Below are positions 20,978-31,491 of a stretch of 64,000 nt of DNA, one piece after another. The stretch spans positions 248,001-312,000 of the forward strand of contig CP070758.1 of NCBI GenBank assembly GCA_020348925.1, given 5' to 3'. Made by a program: the position numbers and the translations under genes. Source of the stretch: Gemmatimonadota bacterium (GTDB lineage Bacteria > JBHIER01 > G020348925). Within the stretch, counting starts at the first letter, position 1; every line of letters starts with the position of its first letter. The notes below the pieces were generated by a model, which ran no database searches, had not been told where the DNA came from, and saw only the letters and a list, made by a program, of their open reading frames with translations.

Positions 20978-21690
20978 TGTGAACCTTGATTTCTGTTATA
21001 TTTGGGGAAATCCAACAGTATTGTTTAAAATCCAACAGTGCAGGTTATCTTTGAAAATCTTCACTTTTCAACTTTTTTATGAAGCAGATTTAAGATAAAG
21101 CTAATAAATTGTAAGTTATTATATTTCAATGGTATTTTATCATTAACCTTGCATTTACTTTCGAAACTCTTTTTCAAAGTGAACGTTGGGGTGAGAGAAG
21201 AATATGGCCTCTTTGGGGAAAGCAGTCAAGCACAAGTTTCAGGAGAGTAATGAATCGCTGTGCCAAAATAAAAGTGAACGGTTGAAACATTAACATCTAT
21301 TGAGGATTTTTATTTCAGCTTACGACTTTTTTCTCAGCGGATTTTTATCCTTCGTAGATCGTTTGACCATTGGCGGCTGCTGCGGCACCACACCAAAGCG
21401 TAGCGAATCATCAGTCCGGAAGATTCATAACTGCCTGAGCGTGAAGAAACGTCCGTCTGAGGGTTGATTTTCAAACAGAGCCTGCGCGTCTCAAAATGAT
21501 TGAAAATTTATCATCTCCGGTAATCTATATTGACAATCGTTGTCTTCTCAGCGCTTGAGTTCTTGGACATTCTCTTTCGTCAAATGTTTAAACCTGAATC
21601 CCTGATCTCTCGGCGTACTCCGAACGACCGGCTTTATGATTGATCGTTTGGCCATGAACGAAGATAGCAATCGCACTGAGCTGGTGAAGG

Positions 21691-21885
21691 TCATCTCTCT
21701 GGGACATTTTGCCGGAGCCAGAGATAGATGGCGAGACCGACGAATGTCGAGCAAAAAACGATCAGTCCCCATCGGACCGGATTCATTCCCCGGGCGAAAG
21801 CGTCTCGGGCTACCCAGCGCGCTAAAAGGAGCTCCACGACGACAGCAAGAATTACAAGCAAAACTTTCACCACTGTCTCACTCAT
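21691..21885 (-). CDS. Small two-TM membrane protein (PLDc_N-like)
   Basis: WVARDAFARGM...WGLIV...GLAIYLWLR pattern. Confidence 0.65.
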   Translation of the reverse strand: MSETVVKVLLVILAVVVELLLARWVARDAFARGMNPVRWGLIVFCSTFVGLAIYLWLRQNVPER

Positions 21886-21979
21886 GAGTCCAACCTTTTA
21901 CTGTATCGATTCCGCGAAAACATTTTTCCGTCTCCTTTTACCTTTGTCGTCTCAAATTTACTTCCACGCTTTCGCCAAG

Positions 21980-23578
21980 TCAGGGTACACACGTACCGGT
22001 TCCCAGGATGACGTTGACTGTTCCCAGGACATCCAGAACATTGATCACACCGTCGCCGTTACAGTCGGACCGCCAGAGATCGTCTTGTTCTATAGGTTGA
22101 GTACCTAAAATGTGGTTGACCGTCTCGAGCACATCCAGGAGATCGATGGCCCCATCGCCGTTGACGTCGCCTCGTCTCATTTCACAAACGTCACCGATTC
22201 CGTCGCTGTCAGCGTCGGCCTGGTCCGGATTGAAATGGCTCGGGCAATTGTCATACCCGGAGATGATCCCGTCAAGATCGGGATCACGCGCAAACTCGAA
22301 GAGCTCTACCGCGATTATTCCATGACCGTTGGTACCGTCTCCGTTGGTCAGGTAGATGACCCCGGAATTTTCGGTCGGGCTGAAATACATTAATGTCGTT
22401 ACCCCATAGATGCCGCCTTCATGTCCCCACATCCAACCGCTGCCGGTGTCAAACCCATACCAGCCCAAACCCCAGTCTACTCCTGGAAGTACGGCGATGC
22501 CGGGATATTGCACGGTCGTCATCATCTCCACAGTCGTGCTGTCCAGTACCCGAACGTCGTCGATCCTGCCTTTTTGCATGAAAGCAATGAGATGCCGGGC
22601 CAACTGAAGGGAGCTCGTCCTGAGCTGCCCCGCAGGATAGACGGGAAAACCGAATTGCCCGTAGGAGAAATACGCATCACCGTCCCAGCCTGTCGGCATG
22701 GCAATGTGATCGATATCCAACTCTGACAGAAACCATGACGTTTCGTTCATACCCAAGGGCGTGAATATGGAATCCTGGCAATACTGTTCAAAGGATAAGT
22801 CACTGATCTCCTCAACTAATAAACCGGCCAGTGTATACGCGATGTTGCTGTATTCCCCGCCACCTCCAGGAGGATACAGTTTGTAATTGGCCTGGCTGTA
22901 GTGGACTCCGCCAGGAACGAGCCAATCCTGAAGAAACTCGTTCAAGGGTATCGGTGAATCAGCACCCCACGTCAGCATGGAGGGAAACCAGAGCCAGTCG
23001 TTGCGGGCAATGCTTGAGGTGTGGGCCAAAATCATGCGAAAGGTTATGGCGGCATCGGGATGATAGGGATTGACGACATCAAATGGGAGATAGTCGTTCA
23101 CATCATCGTCCAAGTCGAAGAGACCTTTCTCCCAAAGCTGCATCAGAGCTGTCGCGACAAAGGTCTTCGAGATCGATCCCAGCATAAAGAGCGTCGCATC
23201 GGAGACCTCGACATTATTTTCAACATGAGCATATCCGTAGGCCCTATTCCAGACAATGCGGCCGTCCTTGACAACACAAGCGGCCATGCCGGGAATGTGA
23301 TATTCGTCCATGGTGACAACGATGACGGAGTCCAGACGGGCCGTATCGAGGGCTGAGGAGCCCTCGGGAGTATCAATAGTTCCCCGGTATTCTAAAAATG
23401 TCGGCTCGAAAGGAATGGTGCGGGGTTGGCTCGTGCTCGGCGTTGCCGGTGTGGTCCGGGCGACACCGGAATCCCACGCTTCTTCGCCCGAACCAATACC
23501 CGTACCTGGAACGAGAAAAATAAGTGTGGCAAAAACAACAGCTCCGACCAGTTTCCTGCGCTTGCGAATATGATACAT
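21980..23578 (-). CDS. Secreted serine hydrolase (beta-lactamase/PBP family) with TSP3 repeat and C-terminal dockerin-like domain
   Basis: SISK (SxxK), YSN and HEG motifs; DNCP..NPDQADADSDGIGDVC; GDVNGDG..D / DCNGDG..NVLD duplicated motif. Confidence 0.9.
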   Translation of the reverse strand: MYHIRKRRKLVGAVVFATLIFLVPGTGIGSGEEAWDSGVARTTPATPSTSQPRTIPFEPTFLEYRGTIDTPEGSSALDTARLDSVIVVTMDEYHIPGMAACVVKDGRIVWNRAYGYAHVENNVEVSDATLFMLGSISKTFVATALMQLWEKGLFDLDDDVNDYLPFDVVNPYHPDAAITFRMILAHTSSIARNDWLWFPSMLTWGADSPIPLNEFLQDWLVPGGVHYSQANYKLYPPGGGGEYSNIAYTLAGLLVEEISDLSFEQYCQDSIFTPLGMNETSWFLSELDIDHIAMPTGWDGDAYFSYGQFGFPVYPAGQLRTSSLQLARHLIAFMQKGRIDDVRVLDSTTVEMMTTVQYPGIAVLPGVDWGLGWYGFDTGSGWMWGHEGGIYGVTTLMYFSPTENSGVIYLTNGDGTNGHGIIAVELFEFARDPDLDGIISGYDNCPSHFNPDQADADSDGIGDVCEMRRGDVNGDGAIDLLDVLETVNHILGTQPIEQDDLWRSDCNGDGVINVLDVLGTVNVILGTGTCVP

Positions 23579-23666
23579 TCCATCTCCCCCAGCTGGTAAG
23601 AAAGAGTACCCGTTTTTGTTCTGCTTCGACATCCTCGGATATGTTCTGAGTCAATTTTCCCTTCGT

Positions 23667-26189
23667 CTACTTGAGCAAGACCATACGCTTTGTAACTTTG
23701 AAACCGTCGGTCGAGAGCTGGTAGAAGTAAATGCCACTGGGTGCGTTTTCACCGTTCCACCGAAGGGTGTGGTATCCTGCCTCCAATTGAGAATTTAATA
23801 AAACCTCAATCGCTTGTCCTAATACATTATACACCGTAATCGTTACCCTGGCGGGTGCAGGTAAACCGAAGGTTATCTGTGTTTCAGGGTTGAAGGGGTT
23901 CGGATAATTTTGGGCAAGGCTGTAGGCAGCAGGTATCTTCATCTCAGCTTTGACGAGAGCCATAAACATGTCAAAATTTTTGGCCGAAAGATAAGGTTCC
24001 AGAGACTCACAGAACCGTACAACCTCAGTTGTGATCGTTGGCCTGGAGGTCGCCGGGACACACTCCCCAAGGCCCAAAACAACATTGACAATACCCAAGG
24101 CATCCAGAATGTCCACGCTCCTGTCACTATTACAGTCGGCCCTGACGAGAGGGGCGCCGGCCAGTGGATCTGTGCCCAATATGTGGTTGACCACTGCCAG
24201 CACATCGAGCACGTTGATCCCACCCTCACAGTTGATATTGCCTCGGTCCATCTCCGTTTGATCCGGGTTATATACATCAGGGCAGTTGTCCTCGTTACAC
24301 GTATTGGCCGAATAGCCCGGATCACCAAACCCGTCACTGTCTGAGTCCGTACAAAAGTCGCAGGCATCACCGATGCCATCAGCGTCACCGTCCTTCTGAT
24401 CGGAATTCGAAACATCCTGGCAATTGTCGCAGATGTCCCCCACACCGTCGTTATCCGTATCTTCCTGCCCTAAGTTGCTTGTAGTGGGACAGTTGTCGCA
24501 CGTGTCACCGCGTCCATCGCCATCGAAATCCTCCTGCTCAGGATTGCTTGTGTCCGTACAATTGTCACAGGCATCGCCAAGGCCGTCGCCCTCCGAATCG
24601 ACCTGGGTAGGGTTTGGTTCAAACCGGCAATTGTCCTGACTATCAACGATCCCGTCTCCGTCGGAATCCGTGAAATCCCCCTCGGTGATTGTCAGGAACT
24701 GATTCGCACTGACGTTCGTGACGATCTCGACGAGACCGCTGGGCCACTCGATTTTCAGCGAGTCAATTCGTGATGCATCGCCCAGACCGAAATGGGCATT
24801 CATGCTGTGTTGGGTCGTGTAGCCCGTGGCTGATGAAATGTGACGGAGCTGCCGGACCGGAGCGCCGCCGATGGTCGCTTTGACGCGGAGTTTGGTTCCA
24901 ATGGCTGAAGCGTTCGAGATGGTTCCGACGCACTTGATGATGATCCAGTTGTTGCCGCTCTGATCGTTGCGGTACAGGGCGTTGTTCTCGTTTTGGTTTC
25001 GTGATTTGGCAACAAACAGATCGAGATCACCGTCCCGGTCGTAATCTCCCCACACACCTCCCCAGGACCAGCCGATATCGGTGACAATATCCCCTTCGTC
25101 GATTCTGGTGAAGGTTCGATCCCCGTTGTTTTCGTACAGGAAGTTTCTGGACGGTGATGCGTAGTCCCCCACCGTCGTGGTCAGAAACAGGTCGAGGTCG
25201 CCGTCATTGTCGAAATCAGCCCAACTGCTGCCGAAGGTCCAACCCGCGTCGTTCACAATAGCGCCGTCCGTAACTTTCGTAAAAGTGCCGTCCCCGTTGT
25301 TATCATACAGGAAATTGCTGAAGCTGCCGTAACTGTTCGCCACAAAGAGATCGAAATCACCATCGTTGTCGTAATCACCCCAACTGCCGCAGGTCGAAAA
25401 ACCTCCGTCATTGACAATGTCGCCCTGCGTGATCTTCGTGAATGTGCCGTCGCCGTTATTGTTGTAGAGATTGTTGTTTTGAGGAGCAGCACCGAAGACG
25501 TTGGCCACAAACAGATCCATATCCCCATCACCGTCGTAATCCGCCCAGGCGAGACCGTGAGAATTGGCAACGTCGGTTACGATTGCGCCTTGTGTGATCT
25601 TGATGAATTCTCCACCGTCGTTTCGGTAGAGCTGGTTCAAGGCCGAATACGGCGGATTGGCATGCTCGTTTGTGACGAAAAGATCAAGATCGCCGTCGTT
25701 GTCGATATCCGCCCAACTGCAGTTCGTGGAATGTCCAGGATCGCTGATGAGGGTGCCACTGATCACCTTGGTGAAGGTCCCGTGACCGTCGTTCGTGTAC
25801 AGACAGTTCGTCTGGTTGGACCATCGTGTCACATAGAGGTCCACATCGCCGTCGTTATCGTAATCGCCCCAACAATGTCCGTAGGATGTTCCGAAGTCAT
25901 TGACAATGATGTCACCGGTGATCGTCGTAAACGTACCAGTGCCGTTGTTACGGTACAGAAAGTTATACTGATTCGAGCCATTGCCTACATAGATATCCAA
26001 ATAGCCGTCATTGTCGTAATCCACCCAGCTCGCACTATAGGAATCTCCCCCATCGTTCACCACGGCACCCACATTGATGCGAGTAAACTGCTGAGCTGTC
26101 GAATGAACTGTCATGAGAAGAAAAAACACGAGGACATACCTCGGCACATGGAATACACTCCGTCGTACTTCCCCCGACATCTTTTTCAT
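23667..26189 (-). CDS. Secreted FG-GAP/ASPIC-UnbV protein with TSP3 repeats, dockerin-like domain and FlgD/T9SS-type CTD
   Basis: Seven WxDYDNDGDxDL repeats, AIGTK...HFGLG...IEWPSG, DNC...DGxGDACD repeats, NYPNPFNP...KRMVLLK. Confidence 0.9.
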   Translation of the reverse strand: MKKMSGEVRRSVFHVPRYVLVFFLLMTVHSTAQQFTRINVGAVVNDGGDSYSASWVDYDNDGYLDIYVGNGSNQYNFLYRNNGTGTFTTITGDIIVNDFGTSYGHCWGDYDNDGDVDLYVTRWSNQTNCLYTNDGHGTFTKVISGTLISDPGHSTNCSWADIDNDGDLDLFVTNEHANPPYSALNQLYRNDGGEFIKITQGAIVTDVANSHGLAWADYDGDGDMDLFVANVFGAAPQNNNLYNNNGDGTFTKITQGDIVNDGGFSTCGSWGDYDNDGDFDLFVANSYGSFSNFLYDNNGDGTFTKVTDGAIVNDAGWTFGSSWADFDNDGDLDLFLTTTVGDYASPSRNFLYENNGDRTFTRIDEGDIVTDIGWSWGGVWGDYDRDGDLDLFVAKSRNQNENNALYRNDQSGNNWIIIKCVGTISNASAIGTKLRVKATIGGAPVRQLRHISSATGYTTQHSMNAHFGLGDASRIDSLKIEWPSGLVEIVTNVSANQFLTITEGDFTDSDGDGIVDSQDNCRFEPNPTQVDSEGDGLGDACDNCTDTSNPEQEDFDGDGRGDTCDNCPTTSNLGQEDTDNDGVGDICDNCQDVSNSDQKDGDADGIGDACDFCTDSDSDGFGDPGYSANTCNEDNCPDVYNPDQTEMDRGNINCEGGINVLDVLAVVNHILGTDPLAGAPLVRADCNSDRSVDILDALGIVNVVLGLGECVPATSRPTITTEVVRFCESLEPYLSAKNFDMFMALVKAEMKIPAAYSLAQNYPNPFNPETQITFGLPAPARVTITVYNVLGQAIEVLLNSQLEAGYHTLRWNGENAPSGIYFYQLSTDGFKVTKRMVLLK

Positions 26190-26689
26190 GTCTCTATCCT
26201 CCTTGTGTTTTGTGGTTGACGGCCGGCCAACTGTGATGCAAGGTTCCTCAAGTTGACTGTCTCATGAACACCACGCGCATTGTCCCAGACCATCGACTCT
26301 TGGACAGGCAAGCTTGTCCAGGAGCGAAGCAAAAAGGAGACACTCTGATCCATAGAGATGCGATCTTCTTTGTCAATAGCATTCAGATCCTTTCATGAAC
26401 TTCTTTCCTTTTCTCAATGCATCGCCTAACTATCCGGCAAATACAGGAACGCTCCTGAGATACCAAAGGATATGAATGCACATTAGTAGGTTCTTTTCCG
26501 TGAAAGGTTTCTGCAGAAAGTGAATTTCGTTGTGGAATGCAAAATATTCTTGTGAAATTCAATATTTCAAGAGGATTCAGGTATCGACGGTTCTATTCGA
26601 TCGATATGCCGGTATGCGGGATGTGCATTTGGAGTGGTGCTGGGTGGGATGAATATTTTATCTTGGTGCGTAGAAACGATCCACGACAC

Positions 26690-27391
26690 TTAGACATTGA
26701 GAAGGTCGTGGAGTTCTTTGTACGTCTGGCGGCTCAAAGGTAAAGAGTCCCCACTCCTTGTTATGATTTTATACTTACCACCGCCTGCGTGCCGATAGGA
26801 ATAAACCTGGGAGAGATCAACAAAACAGGAACGATGGATACGCTTGAAACGCGGTGGTAAAATCTGCCCTAATCTGTCCATTGTTTTATTCAATAATTCT
26901 GTTTTACCGTTTTTAAGATGGGCTTCGACGTAATTTCCAGCACTTTTAAAATAGTCAATATCATCTATGAGGATAATTTTGTGTTGATTTCCAATGCGGG
27001 CGGAAAAATATCGTGTTGCGATGTCCCTGTTTTTCCTGCGATCAAAATAGCGTTCAAATGCTATCCGAAGGCGTTCTTCGTCAAATGGTTTTGGAATAAA
27101 GTCGAGAACACCATGGTGAAATGCTTCGATAGCCTGCTCTGTATGCGCAGAAATAATAATCGTATGAAACGGACCGGAGACCGCTGATTTTAAAAGTTCA
27201 AACCCATTTTCTCCATTCAGATTCAGATCGAGTAAGCACAAATCGATCTGAGATTCAATGAGATATGCTTTCGCTTGTTCCAATGTATGGAGAGTACGTA
27301 TCGATTGAATTTTGTCCCCCAGGATACTGCGACATAATCTTACGATATAGTCGGCAATCGGTTTTTCGTCCTCAATAATTAGTATTCGCAT
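26690..27391 (-). CDS. LytTR family response regulator
   Basis: IEDE, LLDLNL and KP receiver motifs; FKRIHRSCFV LytTR motif. Confidence 0.92.
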   Translation of the reverse strand: MRILIIEDEKPIADYIVRLCRSILGDKIQSIRTLHTLEQAKAYLIESQIDLCLLDLNLNGENGFELLKSAVSGPFHTIIISAHTEQAIEAFHHGVLDFIPKPFDEERLRIAFERYFDRRKNRDIATRYFSARIGNQHKIILIDDIDYFKSAGNYVEAHLKNGKTELLNKTMDRLGQILPPRFKRIHRSCFVDLSQVYSYRHAGGGKYKIITRSGDSLPLSRQTYKELHDLLNV

Positions 27392-27405
27392 ACCACACAG
27401 CCTTT

Positions 27406-29184
27406 TCATTTTGAAATTACGATGATAACTTCCCAGTTGCCATCTTTGAAACCGTATCTTATTTGACACTTGTGGGGATAACTTTCCTGCAGCCGTGCCC
27501 GAACGTACTTCATTCCCATTCCTTCATCGATCTGCTCTGCCGATTTTTCCTTAAGTTTTTTCAGTCTTGAACCATCATTTTGTAAGGTATATTGAATTTT
27601 CTTTTTATTTTTCTCACAGATCAAAGTGAAGGAACCATTTTCTCCAGGCTCATATGCGTGGGTTAATGCATTCTCTATGAGGGTATGGAAAATCATTGGG
27701 GGAACAGCCTCCTCCTGGCATAGATTGCGTGTCGTTAACGTGTACGTGGCATCTTTTCGAAATCCCATGAGTCTCAGGTGGGACTCACATAATGCAATTT
27801 CACGCTGTAGAGGTATCTCTTTCTTGGATGAGATCTCGTGAATGACACGGAATTCATTTGCGAGAGAATGAATGAGCAGTGCAGCTTTCTTAGGATTTTC
27901 ACTCAACCAAGACACGATTGATAACAACGTGTTCATAATAAAATGTGGTTGAATATGCCTTTTTAAAAGTTCGGTCTCCATCCGCGCAGTTTTCATTATG
28001 GCTTCTTCATGGAGCTGATCCTGCTTCCTTATCTTCTTGCTGATCGCGAAGATGATGCAAAAAAGAAAGAGAAGTTCTCCTGCGACCAGATACGTGCCAG
28101 GAAAGATGTTCTGGAGGAACGCGATGTCCGAAAAAGAGAAAATCGATACGCCTAACATCGAAAGTATACTCTCGGAGGGATAGTACCTTGTGGCATATAA
28201 TAATAAAGCCAGAGAGTACAGTGTCGACAATGCGATGAGATTGGATCCGAGTACAAAGCGAATCACAAGGGTCACAATAATGCTTGAGCAGACGTGTACA
28301 TGTTTGTATGGAATATCAAAGTGTAGTATAAAAAATATATTCAAGGTACTATAGAGAAGCACTTTCCCAATATGAAAGAGCAGGAGTAGAATGTCGAAGG
28401 ATTGCGTGTTCATATCAATTTCATATTGAAGGATTCCGTAAGCGGTGTAACAAAGGTTGAGAAAACAAAAAACAGCAAAGAGCAGGTATGATCGCTTATG
28501 GCTGCCTAAGTAAAGTGCCAAAGTGAAGAGGGAGGCGAGCAGAAAAAGGCCGCCTTCCCAATAAAGTAAATTGCTGTGTGTGTGGATGTTCGACTGAATA
28601 CCAGAAAAATAGCCGAATTGAGTCGAGAATATACGATAGGTTTGACCCTTGAAGTGGCGTGATAAGCGAATGGCGAGCAGGTGTCTGCCGGGAGTTGTAA
28701 ACTCTCTCTTCAGCTTTACGATCTTTCGGATTCCACCGGGTATTTCCTGGGATGGATCTTGGGAGACATGCCCGTTGTGGTCCAGAAGCTCTCCGTCCCA
28801 ATAGACTTCATACGAAATTCCCAGAAGACGAAAATAGAGTGCCAATACATCGTAATCATCCTGTTCGCCGAACAGAAAAATCGGAGCTCGATACCAGCGG
28901 ATGCCGTCGGTCTTGTCTTGAACACCTGGACTGTAGGGAAGCTTCATCCACAGGGAATCATTGTAGTTTAATTGTGCCCATTCGGGGTGATCGCCAAAGT
29001 GGTATCTCCATCCCCGCACATTTTTAACCTCATTTGAATGTAAATCAAAAGAAAACGCTTCGTATGGTTCCTGATCAGTGGTAGCAGAGTTTGAAATGGA
29101 GTAGGAAAGCGATACTCCAATACTGAGCTGGAGAAGAAACAGCACTATGATTGTCGCTTGCGGACTTTTCACTTTTTCACTCAT
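27406..29184 (-). CDS. LytS-family sensor histidine kinase with extracellular sugar-binding-like domain and multi-TM region
   Basis: IQPHFIMNTL, VPPMIFHTLIENALTH and GMGM motifs; about seven hydrophobic segments. Confidence 0.88.
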   Translation of the reverse strand: MSEKVKSPQATIIVLFLLQLSIGVSLSYSISNSATTDQEPYEAFSFDLHSNEVKNVRGWRYHFGDHPEWAQLNYNDSLWMKLPYSPGVQDKTDGIRWYRAPIFLFGEQDDYDVLALYFRLLGISYEVYWDGELLDHNGHVSQDPSQEIPGGIRKIVKLKREFTTPGRHLLAIRLSRHFKGQTYRIFSTQFGYFSGIQSNIHTHSNLLYWEGGLFLLASLFTLALYLGSHKRSYLLFAVFCFLNLCYTAYGILQYEIDMNTQSFDILLLLFHIGKVLLYSTLNIFFILHFDIPYKHVHVCSSIIVTLVIRFVLGSNLIALSTLYSLALLLYATRYYPSESILSMLGVSIFSFSDIAFLQNIFPGTYLVAGELLFLFCIIFAISKKIRKQDQLHEEAIMKTARMETELLKRHIQPHFIMNTLLSIVSWLSENPKKAALLIHSLANEFRVIHEISSKKEIPLQREIALCESHLRLMGFRKDATYTLTTRNLCQEEAVPPMIFHTLIENALTHAYEPGENGSFTLICEKNKKKIQYTLQNDGSRLKKLKEKSAEQIDEGMGMKYVRARLQESYPHKCQIRYGFKDGNWEVIIVISK

Positions 29185-29762
29185 GTTTGAAATTCAACTG
29201 TTTTTATTTTTTTATTCGAAAGAAATTCATGTGTCATGACTGTAAGGAAGGTGTATATGCCCCGGTTGTTGAGAGATATAATGTTCGAAAACGTTTTCTC
29301 GTACATGTTGATGTCAATGCATACATGCTTATGTCTTAAGCGTAAGACAAGGACAACATGTTCTATGTTTCACAATCATTTTGTATCATCTGGATATGAG
29401 AGTGATGCGTATATGGAACGAACGGAAAAGTTGCTGCTCACGTGAAAAAAATTCATTCGCTATGAAACCTGGATTGTTCATACAATTCAGGCATACTCAG
29501 CGTAACATAGACATATGAATAAAGTTGAAATAAGCCCCGGCCTTGGACATTGTATCGCGGCTCTTCCCCAATGAGAGAAACTGTTATTCCGGGTTTCTTC
29601 CGGAATCTCCCGAACAGAGAATCCGTTACACTATTCGAGGTCGGAAAGACAGTTTATGAATAAATCAGATGAAACTTAATTGTTGTTTGAATAAAATGAA
29701 TCATTATATATTCACATTTACAATGAACGCGTCGAGAACTGTGAGATGTGATGTGAGATCGA

Positions 29763-29968
29763 GAAGAATTTACTGTCCATAACGGTCTTGAGAACAGAGC
29801 GAAACATTACGAATGGAATTGGCGGAACAGATAGGGGTGAATTTTCAAACGGTCGATTATCTTGAAAAAGAGGAGTCCAACCCGAGCCCGGATGATGCTT
29901 TTAAAACAGGTGAATATTATGGCCTGCCGATCGGACACATCTTTCAAGGTAATCGTGAGAGCTTCTGA
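29763..29968 (+). pseudogene. Frameshifted XRE-family HTH regulator remnant
   Basis: VLRTERNIT / frameshift / ELAEQIGVNFQTVDYLEKEESNPSPDDAFKTGEYYGLPIGHIF. Confidence 0.7.
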
Positions 29969-30486
29969 GTGAAGAGATCATCGAATTACGAGGAGAAATG
30001 GGGAGTAATGCCTGGGATATCATATTGCGTGAAAACTACGGAGATAGGGGGTGGGAGTGAACGGCTTCAGCCGGATCAGTGCTGCGCCGCTTCTTTTCTT
30101 GGGGGGATCGCTCGGATGGTCCATCGCAGGTGTTCTTGCTCCTGTTCGTGAATGGACACCAAAATCCTGACCTTGAGCCGCAGACGTCTAATTCTACTGT
30201 TCATCTGAGGCTTGTCCTTTGTTTGCGGGCATGATACCCCTTTCGTCGTTTCGGTTATGGTCACGTCCCCAGACGGTTATCGGTTTGTGATATGCGAACA
30301 ACAAGATCTTGAACGTCAAGCGACGGGGGCTTCGGAATCCTATCGCCAGATGTTCCCGTTGATCTTCTACGGTCGGCTTGCATCCGGATCACGCCACTGC
30401 CGCCTTTCAGGGGGGTAGTATCAGTTTCCTCAAAAAAGAATGCTTGTTGAAGCAGTCAAGGTCGTTTTCAGAGAAAGGAGCACACC

Positions 30487-30701
30487 ATGGTGAAATACGA
30501 GGGAGATCGACGCTCATTGGCAGGCTCTATCGACCAGAGCCTGTTGAGACCGGAGGCGACGAGAGGGCAGATCGAGTCGATGTGCCGCGAGGCGGATCAC
30601 TACGGCTTCGCCGCGGTTTTTGTCAATTCGTATTATGTAACATTGTGCTCGAATCTCTTGGCAGGGTCGAGGGTGCGGGTGGGAACCGTGACCGGATTTC
30701 C
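30487..30701 (+). CDS. deoC: Deoxyribose-phosphate aldolase, 5' fragment
   Basis: IDQSLLRPEAT...CREA..YGFAAVFVN...VGTVTGF; AAGGAG RBS; cut by the gap. Confidence 0.85.
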
Positions 30702-30801
30702 NNNNNNNNNNNNNNNNNNNNNNNNNNNNNNNNNNNNNNNNNNNNNNNNNNNNNNNNNNNNNNNNNNNNNNNNNNNNNNNNNNNNNNNNNNNNNNNNNNN
30801 N
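30702..30801. other. Assembly gap (100 N)
   Basis: Run of N. Confidence 1.
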
Positions 30802-31477
30802 CCAAGGGTAAGGCCTCTTTCAATAACTGAGGACCATAAATGTCTTGAAGCCGAAGTTTCAAGCTCTCCGTTTTGGACCAATGAAAGAGCTCCCTCTCAT
30901 TGTGATGGAGCGTAAATCCTATCTCAGGGTGGGCTATGGCACACTGTATGATTGTCCGCGTGCTATGTCGCAGTTCCGTATACGCGCTTCGTAAAAATTT
31001 TCGTCGGGCAGGTGTGTTGTAGTACAGTTGTTTTACGGTGACCGTTGTCCCGACTGCGCGACCAATCTCCCCTACTTCTGTCACTTTTCCCCCCTGAACG
31101 ACGACCCTCGTCCCGCTGATGCTCCCTTCCTCCCTTGTAGCAAGTTCCAACTGCGAGACGGCTCCGATGCTGGGCAGCGCTTCTCCCCGAAATCCCATCG
31201 TCTGCAAGGCGTCCAAATCAATGATGTCTCGGATCTTGCTCGTTGCATGGCGGTGGAGGGCAAGAACGGCATCCTCGGCATTCATCCCTATACCGTTGTC
31301 ATCAACGGAGATGACCTGAGTGCCACCCGCTTTCATGTGGACGAAAATACGGGTGCTCTCGGCGTCCAGGGCGTTTTCCACAAGCTCTTTCACGACGGAG
31401 GCCGGTCGTTCGACGACTTCACCGGCGGCGATCTTATTCGCGAGTTCTTCTGACAACACTTGAATTCGATTGGCCAT
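30802..31477 (-). CDS. mutL: DNA mismatch repair protein MutL, 5' fragment
   Basis: IAAGEVVERPASVVKELVENALDA, HATSK, GFRGEAL and NTPARRKFL motifs. Confidence 0.96.
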
Positions 31478-31491
31478 AATGAAAAAATCAC

